A stretch of 64,000 nucleotides of DNA, taken from Planctomycetota bacterium (GTDB taxonomy: Bacteria; Planctomycetota; UBA1135; UBA2386). A model generated the notes under the pieces. It had not been told where the DNA came from, did not search any database, and was given only the letters and a program-made list of their open reading frames with translations. The DNA is taken from the NCBI GenBank assembly GCA_029936315.1, contig JAPYTD010000002.1, forward strand, positions 30,459 to 94,458, in the 5' to 3' direction. Shown here piece after piece: positions 9,465 to 18,214 of this stretch (the stretch's first letter is position 1; each line of letters begins with the position of its first letter). Position numbers and translations under genes: made by a program.

Positions 9465-11039
9465 ATGTCGACGCACAAGGTCCTCATCGCCGGCGCATGG
9501 CGCGCTGCCGATTCGAGCGGCTCCTTCCAGGCCCTCAATCCAGCCACCGGCGAGAGCCTGGCGGATCACTACCCCATCAGCAACTGGGCCGACTGCGACG
9601 CGGCCCTGAGCGCGGCGCAACAAGCCTTCGAAGGGCTTCGCCAACTAGCTCCGCAAGTGATGGCCGACTTCCTCGATGCCTATGCAGTCCGCATCGAGGC
9701 GCGGGCCGGTGAGATCACCGAACTCGCCAACCACGAAACGGCACTGGCCGTCGAACCGCGCCTGGCCTCGATTGAGCTGCCGCGCACCACCAGCCAGATG
9801 CGCCAAGCCGCCACGGCGTGTCGTGAGGGGCACTGGACGCACCCGGTCATCGACACTGCGGCGGGCATTCGCACCCAGTTTGGGCCGATCGGCCCGGTGT
9901 GCGTGTTCGGTCCCAATAACTTCCCGCTGGCCTTCGGCAGCGTCTCCGGCGGCGACTTTGTCGCAGCAATCGCGGCAGGCAACCCGGTGATCGCCAAGGC
10001 GCACCCACTGCACCCGGGCACCTCCCGCCTCTTGGCCGAAGAGGCGCAGGCCGCTGCTAAGTCCGTCGGCTTGCCCGCGGGCACGGTGCAACTGCTCTAC
10101 GACATGTCTCATGCGGATGGCGAGAGGTTGGCCCAAGACCATCGCTTGGCAGCCATCGCCTTCACGGGTTCACGCCATGGTGGACTCAAGCTCAAGGCTG
10201 CGGCAGATGCTGTTGGCAAGCCGATCTTCCTTGAACTCGGCTCCATCAACCCGGTGGTGATCCTGCCGGGAGCCCTGGCCGAAAAGGGCGAGGCCTTGGC
10301 CGACGAGTTCACAGGCAGCTGTCTGATGGGCACCGGCCAGTTCTGCACAAGCCCGGGCATGTTGGTGCTGCAGGCGGGTGAGCGCGCCGAAGCCTTCGTG
10401 AACAAGACCGTCAAGGGTTTCGCCGCCGCGCCAAGCGGCGTGCTGTTTTCTGAGTCAGGTCGTGAGAGCCTGGCGACCTCGGTGCAACGCTTGCATCAGG
10501 CCGGTGCGCAAATCCTCACTGGCGGGACGGCCGAAGCCGGCGATGCGCCGCGCTACACCAACACAGTGCTACGGGTCTCCGGCGCCGATTTCCTTGCGAG
10601 CAGTACGGCCTTGCAAGGTGAAGCGTTCGGCAATGCCACGCTGATCGTGATGACAGAGAACCAGGCGGAGACGTCGCAAGTGCTCAACACTCTTGAGGGC
10701 AACCTCACGGGCTGCATCTACTCCGCCACCGACGGCAGCGATGATCCAGCCTACGACGAATTGGCGCCAATCATGCGCCAGCGGGTTGGCCGACTGCTCA
10801 ACGACAAGATGCCCACTGGCGTCGCAGTGTCTCCGGCCATGAACCACGGCGGGCCGTTCCCGGCGACAGCCCAAGCCGGCTTCAGTGCCGTGGGCATCCC
10901 CGGAGCGCTGCTGCGCTTCGCCATGCTGCAGTGCTACGACAACGTGCGTCCGGAACGGTTGCCCCTTGGCTTGCGCGACCAAAACCCGGGCGAGCTTTGG
11001 CGGCAGGTCGATGGCCGCTGGACCCAGAGCAGCCTGTAG
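9465..11039 (+). CDS. NAD(P)-dependent aldehyde dehydrogenase, alpha-ketoglutarate-semialdehyde dehydrogenase-like
   Basis: I place the start at ATG 9465 (MSTHKVLIAGAWRAADSSGSFQALNPATGE). The ~524 aa length and the motifs FTGS..GG and ELGSINPVV are typical of the KGSADH-type subfamily. Genomic context is hydroxyproline genes. Confidence 0.85.
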   Translation: MSTHKVLIAGAWRAADSSGSFQALNPATGESLADHYPISNWADCDAALSAAQQAFEGLRQLAPQVMADFLDAYAVRIEARAGEITELANHETALAVEPRLASIELPRTTSQMRQAATACREGHWTHPVIDTAAGIRTQFGPIGPVCVFGPNNFPLAFGSVSGGDFVAAIAAGNPVIAKAHPLHPGTSRLLAEEAQAAAKSVGLPAGTVQLLYDMSHADGERLAQDHRLAAIAFTGSRHGGLKLKAAADAVGKPIFLELGSINPVVILPGALAEKGEALADEFTGSCLMGTGQFCTSPGMLVLQAGERAEAFVNKTVKGFAAAPSGVLFSESGRESLATSVQRLHQAGAQILTGGTAEAGDAPRYTNTVLRVSGADFLASSTALQGEAFGNATLIVMTENQAETSQVLNTLEGNLTGCIYSATDGSDDPAYDELAPIMRQRVGRLLNDKMPTGVAVSPAMNHGGPFPATAQAGFSAVGIPGALLRFAMLQCYDNVRPERLPLGLRDQNPGELWRQVDGRWTQSSL

Positions 11040-11061
11040 CCGGCCGCCAACCACCCGTGCA

Positions 11062-11943
11062 ATGCGCATCTCCGACTACGTCAAACGAGACCTCGAGTTC
11101 AGAATCCGTTCTGGGTCGGATCTTCCCGAAAAGCTGACCGTCGGGGCAATCGCGCAGGTCTACGGCGTCAGCGCGACCCCAGTGCGACAGGCACTGGATG
11201 AGTTGGTTGCAGATGACCTGATCATCAGGCAGGAGAACGGGCGTCTGAAGCTGCGTGCGCAGACCCGCCGGCTTCCGGTCGAACCACCGCCCGCGCGCCC
11301 GACCGACTGGGAAGCCGTGTTGGCGCGCGAAGTGATCCTGATGAGCCTGCGCGGCGAGGGCGGGTTCGTGCGCGAAGAAGCCATGGCGGAGAGTCACGGG
11401 ATCGGACGCACCATGTTGCGACGCATCTTCTCACGCCTGGCTGGTGGTGGGCTGTTGGAACACTTGCCGCGCCGCGGCTGGCTGATCCCGACCTTTCGCC
11501 CCGAAGAGATGGACGCCTATCTGGTCGTGCGCGAGTCGCTGGAGATCAAGGCCCTCGAGCTGGCGAGCACGCACCTTGATGACGCCGAGATCCAGACAAT
11601 GATCGAGGGCAACTCAGCGGTCGCGGTGGCAACAGCGAGCATCGACAACCGGCTGCATGCCTATTTCATCGAACAGTCAGGCAATCGCTACATCAGCTCG
11701 TTCTTCGAATCACACGGACGCTACTACAACGCACTCTTTGACTACGCCGGTCTCGGCCACGAGGTAGTTGCCGAGATGGCGGGACAGCACCTTGAGATCC
11801 TGACCAACGTTGCCAATGGGCGCTGGTCCCGCGCACGACGCGCACTCGCTCATCACATCCGATCCCAGAAACCGGTGATGGCAGCGATGATCGCCACGCT
11901 GGCAGCTCCTTCACTATCCGGCGCGACTGCGCGCGAAACCTAA
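11062..11943 (+). CDS. GntR/FadR-family transcriptional regulator
   Basis: ATG at 11062. The N-terminal winged helix-turn-helix is LTVGAIAQVYGVSATPVRQALDELVADDLI, followed by an FCD-like C-terminal domain. Confidence 0.85.
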   Translation: MRISDYVKRDLEFRIRSGSDLPEKLTVGAIAQVYGVSATPVRQALDELVADDLIIRQENGRLKLRAQTRRLPVEPPPARPTDWEAVLAREVILMSLRGEGGFVREEAMAESHGIGRTMLRRIFSRLAGGGLLEHLPRRGWLIPTFRPEEMDAYLVVRESLEIKALELASTHLDDAEIQTMIEGNSAVAVATASIDNRLHAYFIEQSGNRYISSFFESHGRYYNALFDYAGLGHEVVAEMAGQHLEILTNVANGRWSRARRALAHHIRSQKPVMAAMIATLAAPSLSGATARET

Positions 11944-11951
11944 CCCTCCCG

Positions 11952-12890
11952 ATGGACACGAGTATCTACCACGGCTGTATCCCAGCCCTCATGACCCCCT
12001 GCACCGTCGACCGCAGTCCTGACTTCCCCGCCTTGGTACGCAAGGCCCAAGAGTTGATGACGGCCGGCATGAGTGGCGTCGTCTACTGCGGGTCGATGGG
12101 TGACTGGCCACTGCTTACCGACGAACAACGTCAACTTGGCGTGGCGGACCTGTGCTCGGCTGGCGTTCCCACTATCGTTGGCACCGGTGCCATCAACACT
12201 CGCTCGGCCACGGCGCACGCCGCCCACGCTCAGGAAGTGGGAGCAAGTGGCTTGATGGTCATCCCTCGGGTGCTGTCGCGCGGCACCTCGCCGGCCGCCC
12301 AAAGGGCGCACTTCGCCGCGATCCTGGCCGCGGCGCCCGACGTGCCGGCAGTGATCTACAACAGTCCCTACTACGGCTTCGAGACCCGCGCCGAACTGTT
12401 CTTCGACTTGCGCCGCGACTTCAAGAACCTGATTGGCTTCAAGGAATTTGGCGGCGCCGCTGCGTTGAGCTACGCGGCCGAGAACATCACGTGCGCGGCC
12501 CCCGACCTGACCTTGATGGTGGGCGTAGACACGCAGGTCTTGCACGGCTACGTGAACTGCGGCGCTACAGGCGCCATCACGGGCATTGGCAACGCCCTGC
12601 CGCGCGAAGTGCTGCGCATGGTTGCGCTCTGCACCCGGGCGCAAACTGGCGACGTCGAAGCCCGTCGCCTCGCCAGCGAATTGGAACAAGCTCTCGGCGT
12701 GCTCTCGTCGTTCGACGAAGGACCCGACTTGGTGTTGTTCTACAAGTACCTGTTGGTCCTAAATGGCGAAGAGCAATACCGCGTGCACTTCAACGAGAGC
12801 GACGCACTCAGCCCCAGCCAACAGGCCTTCGTCGAAGATCAATACCGCTTGTTCAAGGACTGGTGGGCCAACTGGCCTGGCGCTGAGTAG
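11952..12890 (+). CDS. DHDPS/NAL-family lyase, probable 1-pyrroline-4-hydroxy-2-carboxylate deaminase
   Basis: YCGSMGDWPLLTDEQR...VIPRVLSRG...VIYNSPYYGF...GFKEFGG (Schiff-base Lys) matches my recollection of the hydroxyproline-cluster subfamily. It lies next to KGSADH and a proline-racemase-family gene. Confidence 0.8.
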   Translation: MDTSIYHGCIPALMTPCTVDRSPDFPALVRKAQELMTAGMSGVVYCGSMGDWPLLTDEQRQLGVADLCSAGVPTIVGTGAINTRSATAHAAHAQEVGASGLMVIPRVLSRGTSPAAQRAHFAAILAAAPDVPAVIYNSPYYGFETRAELFFDLRRDFKNLIGFKEFGGAAALSYAAENITCAAPDLTLMVGVDTQVLHGYVNCGATGAITGIGNALPREVLRMVALCTRAQTGDVEARRLASELEQALGVLSSFDEGPDLVLFYKYLLVLNGEEQYRVHFNESDALSPSQQAFVEDQYRLFKDWWANWPGAE

Positions 12891-12914
12891 GTACGGCGAC
12901 GAAGCACCGCGCTG

Positions 12915-13970
12915 CTATGCCCACAGATCCCCAACCGTGAACCCGTTCGGGAACGGGTCCTCGGGATCGACCACGTATTGCGCAAACCCGGTGATCCACG
13001 CTGTGCCTCGCAGGGTCGGCACGACTGCTGCGTATTCACCAACCCGCGTTTCGCGCAGCAGTCGCCCGGTAAATACCGTGCCGAGGATGCCTTCGTGGCG
13101 AAAGTCCTGTCCGAGGCCGAGCTGCCCCTTTCGGTGCATCACCGCCATCTTGGCGCAGGTGCCAGTACCGCAGGGCGAACGATCGAGGCAGCCCTTCCAA
13201 GTCGAAGGTCGCGCCCAGTCCAGCTCTCCAGTCGATACGATCACCGTGTTGCGGCGGTCGGCGTGATCACCGGAGGGTGGAGCCGAGAGCTGAGCGATCG
13301 AAACGCCACGAATCTCCGGATTGTCGGGATGCACGCAGTCGAGTTGCTGCTGCGTCGCCGCCTTGATCATCTCGCCGATGCGCACTGCATCACCGGCTTC
13401 GTCCGGGGTCAGGCGCAGGCCCAGCTTCTCGGCATCAGCGATGACGTAGAACATGCCGCCCCACGCGACGTCGACCGTGACGGTACCGAGTTCGGGAACT
13501 TCAACCGACGCATCTAAGTGAACCGCGAACGCCGGCACGTTCTCGAAGGTCACCGACTTGACCTTGCCATTCTCCACCTCCGCACGAATCCGGATCAACC
13601 CGGCCGGTGCCTCGAGCACAAGATTCGTAATCGGCTCCTGGGATGGCACCATGCCTGTCTCGATCAGGACCGTTGCGACGGCGATGGTGTTGGTGCCCGA
13701 CATCGGCACGTACTCGACCTGCTCCATGATCACGAACCCGGCAGCCGCTTCCGGACGGGTCGGCGGCAAGATCAGGTTGCAGTTGGCGGCCGGGTAGCCG
13801 CGTGGTTCGCGCAGCATGCGCTGGCGAAGTTCATCGCCATGCTGTTCGAGGTACCTCATCTTCTCGAACATCGTCGTCCCGGGCACGTCGAGCACCCCTC
13901 CGACGATCACGCGGGCGGGCTCGCCAGCGGCGTGGGTGTCGACGGCTTGGATCATCTTGCTGACGCGCAT
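12915..13970 (-). CDS. Proline racemase-family enzyme (4-hydroxyproline epimerase-like) with a Ser/Cys catalytic pair
   Basis: MRVSKMIQAVDTHAAGEPARVIVGG...PMSGTNTIAV...DRSPCGTGTCAKMA. The start could be ATG 13970 or 13955. The first catalytic position is Ser (codon 13698..13700) where canonical members have MCGH. Confidence 0.88.
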   Translation of the reverse strand: MRVSKMIQAVDTHAAGEPARVIVGGVLDVPGTTMFEKMRYLEQHGDELRQRMLREPRGYPAANCNLILPPTRPEAAAGFVIMEQVEYVPMSGTNTIAVATVLIETGMVPSQEPITNLVLEAPAGLIRIRAEVENGKVKSVTFENVPAFAVHLDASVEVPELGTVTVDVAWGGMFYVIADAEKLGLRLTPDEAGDAVRIGEMIKAATQQQLDCVHPDNPEIRGVSIAQLSAPPSGDHADRRNTVIVSTGELDWARPSTWKGCLDRSPCGTGTCAKMAVMHRKGQLGLGQDFRHEGILGTVFTGRLLRETRVGEYAAVVPTLRGTAWITGFAQYVVDPEDPFPNGFTVGDLWA

Positions 13971-14210
13971 GCGATTCCTGGTTTGGCCTAGGCATGGCAC
14001 AAACAAGCAGCGCTTCAGCCAACCCGAACGCCACTACGACACGATCCTGCCCTTGCGAGAGCGCGTCAACCCGCAAGTTCAGGGAGCCGACCGAGCCCAA
14101 GACGCATGCTTGCAAGCACTGGACAAACCGCCGCTCGAGGGCGAGAGCAAGCGGGCCTGGTTCGGCCGTGTGCTCCAGAACCTGAGCCGCCAGAAACATC
14201 GCGGTGACCG

Positions 14211-14241
14211 CCGTCGGCGCACGCGCGCAGTGCGCCGACGG
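14211..14241. repeat. Perfect 12-bp inverted repeat (CCGTCGGCGCAC-GCGCGCA-GTGCGCCGACGG) in a 0.55-kb divergent intergenic region
   Basis: Read directly from the sequence: arms 14211-14222 and 14230-14241 with a 7-nt loop. No convincing ORF covers it. Confidence 0.6.
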
Positions 14242-14562
14242 CAGCTTCTACTACCAGCCCAATCGCGACAACGCCGGCTACGGTTCTGATTCGCGAATCT
14301 CAGCAAGCGCGGTGACGGCGGTCATCCTGACGATTCCAAAGAAGAGCCTGCACATCACAAGCAAGCCCCTCCGCCGCTGAACAATGTGCAACCTGCCACT
14401 CGACCATGCCAGCTCTGGCGCGTGGTACGACGGGTGCAAGAACAACCGCCGTAGGATCTTCTGGTATTCCGGTGGTCGATCGAGAAGGTTGCCGTTAGGC
14501 GTCCTGCGACGTCGCCGAGATACCGTCTCACCCAGCGAGTTGGCCATCCACCAGGAAGCGAG

Positions 14563-15582
14563 ATGAAGTCGATCACACTGCATTGTCACGCCAAGTTCGC
14601 CGCGGCAGCCGCCCTGGCCGTCGCGATCCTTGCGAGCCCCACGGCCAGTCAGACCTCGTCTACCGAAGGTCGCAGCACCTCCAGCAAGACGGAACTCCGA
14701 GCCGGCATCGCCTGGTACGGCGTGCTACAGGACGGCATGGCCGAAGCCCAGCGCACGGGCCGCCCGATCATGTACCTGACGGCCGCGCCGCAGTGCAGCG
14801 GCGTCCCGGGGATGTGGTGACCCGGTAAGCAAGACATGGACAGGGGTCTCCTGTCCGACCAAGCTGTCATCGAAGCATCCCGTGCGTTCGTCTGTATCCG
14901 AACCGCGACCTACGAGGATGCAGCCGAAGCCAAGTTCCAACGAGCCACCCTGTCCGGCGGTCGCGGGGACCTGCGCAACTTTGGCTACTGCCTGCTGTCA
15001 CCCAACGGCAAGAGGGCAATCCGTCGCAGTTCGCGCGGACCCAATTACATCTACGCCAACGCCGGCGCGATGGCCGCGGAGCTTCGCAAGGTCGCTGGCA
15101 GGTACCCGGCAAAGGCGAGTGCCAACAAGAGTCCGAAGACTCTGCCGCAGTTGAAGAACGTGCGCCTCGCACTCAACGTGGCGAGCTGTGACGGGCTTCC
15201 CCTGGTCGTCGTCGTGGGCAAGGATGCCAAGAAGGTCGCCGCCATGAGCAAACGACTCAGTGCGGTCGCCTGGCGTGACGACCTGCTCGGCAAGTTCATC
15301 TACGCGGCAACGGCCGAGGCGGCGGATCTCAGTGGCATCGACATCGCATCGAAGGGTCATGGCTTCTACGTGATCGAACCCGACGACTACGGGCTCGCAG
15401 GCGAACTGATCCGAAAGCTCAGCGCAACGTCGTCCGAGCGTGACTTGACGAACGCGCTGCAATCCATCGCCAAGGAGTTCGATAAACCCACCAAGGTCCA
15501 CCGCCAACACGTGCGCCAGGGACGGCGCGCCGGCAAGACCTGGAAGACCGAAGTGCCGGTCCCGAAGCGTCGGCGACGGTAG
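14563..15582 (+). CDS. Secreted thioredoxin-fold-like protein with in-frame TGA (14818..14820); candidate selenoprotein
   Basis: Track ORFs 14563..14820 and 14836..15582 share one frame and are separated only by a TGA and 5 sense codons. The first ORF has signal peptide MKSITLHCHAKFAAAAALAVAILASPTASQ. The read-through sequence is ...GRPIMYLTAAPQCSGVPGMW-TGA-PGKQDMDRGLLSDQAVIEASRAFVCIRT. AGGAAG lies 4 nt upstream of the ATG. Confidence 0.55.
14838..14856 (+). promoter_or_regulatory. SECIS-like hairpin GGACAGG-GGUCU-CCUGUCC downstream of the in-frame UGA
   Basis: A perfect 7-bp stem starts 17 nt after the UGA, and the apical loop begins 24 nt after it. The GGUCU loop resembles the GGUC(U) apical loop of the E. 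coli fdhF SECIS, recalled from memory. Confidence 0.45.
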
Positions 15583-15744
15583 AGCAGGCGTCGCTAGCTT
15601 TGGTGTTGCGTGAGCATGATGGTTGCTGCGGCATCGATCCGCAGAGTCAGGCGACCAGTCACATTCGCTTGACCCGCATTCCAGTCTCACCACCGCTACC
15701 CAGCGACGCTCCGTTGTGCAGGTGCGCGGGGGCGGCGCCGTCGC

Positions 15745-18018
15745 CTACTTCATCGGCGGGATCTTCTGCTCTTCAAACCAAAGCGAGAGATGGCCGCGCG
15801 GCGGCATCAGCCCGCGCCGCGGGTGGTTGTAGCGCAGGAAGCTGGTGACGGCGACGGTCGCCTTGCCGCCTTCGAACTCGTCGCGGAAGTCGTTGTAGAT
15901 GTATGCGCCCCGAGGCTGTCCACCCTGCCGTTTGCCGACCCCGACATTCGACTGGGCCAGCAACTTGCCGTTGACCCAGATGGCATAGCCCTCGCCGGCA
16001 TTGACGTGAGCGCTACCCCCGACCAGGATCCGATACCGGTGGCCCTCTTTGAGCGGCGGAAACTCGAACGTGCCGCGGAGCAGCAGCACTTCCTTCTCCC
16101 ACATGGTTTTCGGCGCCTCGCCGCACCGGCAGAACAATGCCGTACAGCTTTCCGAAAGCGGCAGTAGCTTGCCTTCGAGCTGGCCGAAGGGCTGCAGCCC
16201 TTTCTTCCAACCGGCCTTGGCCGGGTCGAAATCGGGCGCGAACCAACTCGCCATGCCATCGGGATACGTTACCTCGCGGTAGCGGCTCCCCTTCTCCTTG
16301 GGCCGCGTCTCTGCTGGGTCGAAGCTGAAGTAATCCCACTGTGCGTGGTCTAGAGCGGGACCGAAGGAGTGCCAATCGTAATCGTCTACTCCGGCAGCGC
16401 GGTAGCAGTTGGCCAGCCCGAACATCGCACCCCGCACGAACTGGTTCGCGCGCTGTGGTCGTTCGCCGAGCACCTCCTGCAAGAGCGCCTTGTTGTAGCG
16501 TGGGTTGACGGCGTAGGACGCCGCAATGCCAGCGAGGATGATCGGCGCCAGCGCCTTTTGCGCGGCGGCCAACTCCACCTCCGACGGCTCCGCGGTCTCA
16601 TGTCGGGCGACGGGTTTCGGCCGGGAGGACCGCAGCAGCGGTGCCGCTTGGCCGCCAAGCAACCCAACCATCGCCCGGCCGAGGGCATCGCCAACCAACA
16701 TGTAGGTCTCGGCGTTACGGTTGTAGTGGTAGTCCTGGCTCCGCGGCGACTCGTCGACCTCGCGCCAGAAGTCGCGAATGTCGACCGAGGTCACGGTGCC
16801 AGCGAACTCGGGGTGTTGCGTTGCATCACCGACGGCCATCTGTGCCTTGAGGATCCTCAGGAACTTGTCCGACATGTTGTGTCCACCGAACCCGACGGTC
16901 GCAACCACAACGGGCAGCTTCGGCACCTGGAACTCCTTGCGCACGTCGAGGATCAGATTGACGAGGTTCTGCTCGTACTGCGCGATGGATTCCTCGGTGC
17001 CACTGTCCTTGTGGCCCTGAAACCAGGCGAAGCCAGCGATCTCGTATCCCTGCCCCTGGTAACCAGGAACGACGCTCTCGATGTTGGCGAGGGTCTTGTG
17101 CACACCCTCGATCATCAGCTTGTATTCGAGTGACTCCCACTCGCTGTCAGGGTCCGTGCGTCCGCTAGACGGCGGGCGAAAATCGAATCCCAGCGAGCGA
17201 TTGCCCATCGCTGTCTTGATGAGCAGAACCTGCTCGTCGTGGAACGTGCCCATCACGTGCCCGAAGCCGAGCTCCGGCCCGATAGACTTGCCGTTCGAGG
17301 TGGCACTCAGCGGCGAGCCCTTGCCATCCTTCGCGAGCCGGGCTTCCTGAACGTAGACATCTCGGCGCACGGTCCAGTTGCCCTCCCCGTCGACCAGCCA
17401 GGGGAACTTCCCCTCGCGCTTGGCCACGGCCTCGAGGTCGCCATTGCCGAGCAGGTCGACCTTCTCAAGCCAGAACCTCGGCGGGTCACCCTTGAAAGCT
17501 GTGATCTCGAATGCGTACCTCGTGCCTGGCTCGAGAGTCACATGGACCGGCTCGTCGAGCACTGGACGGCGGTAGACTTCCTTGCCATCGAGCTCCATCA
17601 CGCAATGAGAGTTCTCACGGAAACCGCAGTGCAACTGATAGACACCTCGCTGCAGAACCTCTAGCTGCCCCTTCGCGATCGGCTTGTCGGCCTCTGTGCC
17701 GTCCGGCAGGTAAACGAGTAGCTTCGAGACCTTGAAGTTGCCGACGCGATAGATCTGCAACGGCCCGTCGGGTACGGCGGGATCGGAGCTGAGGTAGACC
17801 CCGGTGTAGACGTTTCGCGCCCCACCGAGATCCCCCATCCCGACCATGTTGGACTGGCCGGCGAGGATGTAGACCTTGACCGGCTTACCGGCGTTGCCCG
17901 GCTCGGCATTCGGGTCGGACAATCGGGCCGGAACCTGCGCCTCGGCGCAAAGGGCGAACAAGGCCAGGAAGACAGCTACCGCCACACGGCTGCATACACG
18001 CGATGGGTTGTTGGACAT
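15745..18018 (-). CDS. Secreted sialate-O-acetylesterase-like (DUF303/SGNH) protein with PA14-like insertion and C-terminal beta-sandwich-like domain
   Basis: I place the start at ATG 18018 (MSNNPSRVCSRVAVAVFLALFALCAEAQ). VKVYILAGQSNMVGMG ... SIGPELGFGHVMG...VLLIKTAMGNRSL...RPPSS is paralogous to 23370..24380. Confidence 0.85.
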   Translation of the reverse strand: MSNNPSRVCSRVAVAVFLALFALCAEAQVPARLSDPNAEPGNAGKPVKVYILAGQSNMVGMGDLGGARNVYTGVYLSSDPAVPDGPLQIYRVGNFKVSKLLVYLPDGTEADKPIAKGQLEVLQRGVYQLHCGFRENSHCVMELDGKEVYRRPVLDEPVHVTLEPGTRYAFEITAFKGDPPRFWLEKVDLLGNGDLEAVAKREGKFPWLVDGEGNWTVRRDVYVQEARLAKDGKGSPLSATSNGKSIGPELGFGHVMGTFHDEQVLLIKTAMGNRSLGFDFRPPSSGRTDPDSEWESLEYKLMIEGVHKTLANIESVVPGYQGQGYEIAGFAWFQGHKDSGTEESIAQYEQNLVNLILDVRKEFQVPKLPVVVATVGFGGHNMSDKFLRILKAQMAVGDATQHPEFAGTVTSVDIRDFWREVDESPRSQDYHYNRNAETYMLVGDALGRAMVGLLGGQAAPLLRSSRPKPVARHETAEPSEVELAAAQKALAPIILAGIAASYAVNPRYNKALLQEVLGERPQRANQFVRGAMFGLANCYRAAGVDDYDWHSFGPALDHAQWDYFSFDPAETRPKEKGSRYREVTYPDGMASWFAPDFDPAKAGWKKGLQPFGQLEGKLLPLSESCTALFCRCGEAPKTMWEKEVLLLRGTFEFPPLKEGHRYRILVGGSAHVNAGEGYAIWVNGKLLAQSNVGVGKRQGGQPRGAYIYNDFRDEFEGGKATVAVTSFLRYNHPRRGLMPPRGHLSLWFEEQKIPPMK

Positions 18019-18214
18019 CTTGTTGAGGTGTTCCAAAGTAAACACGGCCGCTTTCTCCTCACGGCACGGAATCCCCACACAACGTTCCAAACGGCTCCTA
18101 GACACCCTAGGACGGTCGAGCAATCGCATAGGCACTGCAGAACTAAACTCCAGCGACCGTCGCAAAGAGCAATCCCCCACCGATCGCCACTGCTGCACGG
18201 TGATCCAAGCGACT

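Noticed and set aside
11952-12890. DHDPS-family gene considered as N-acetylneuraminate lyase of a sialic-acid cluster, given the GntR regulator and the several sialate-esterase-like genes in the window
   Set aside because: Its immediate neighbours are a KGSADH-like dehydrogenase and a proline-racemase-family enzyme. The GSMGDWPLLTDEQR / VIPRVLSRG / GFKEFGG blocks fit the hydroxyproline-pathway deaminase subfamily as I recall it. The esterase genes are more than 3 kb away, in other transcription units.
14278-14589. 103-aa minus-strand ORF in the 14.0-14.56 kb spacer
   Set aside because: Its translation is Arg-rich (RRRRTP, RRRG) with no motifs, and it overlaps the start of the plus-strand thioredoxin-like gene.
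14818-14820. Alternative readings of the in-frame TGA: an ordinary stop with an independent downstream gene, a pseudogene, or a reassigned codon
   Set aside because: Not fully rejected. The ordinary-stop and pseudogene readings remain possible and are listed under the refutation criteria for that finding. Codon reassignment (UGA=Trp/Gly) is rejected because TGA clearly terminates many well-supported genes here (for example 34477-34479, and 37493-37495 on the minus strand).
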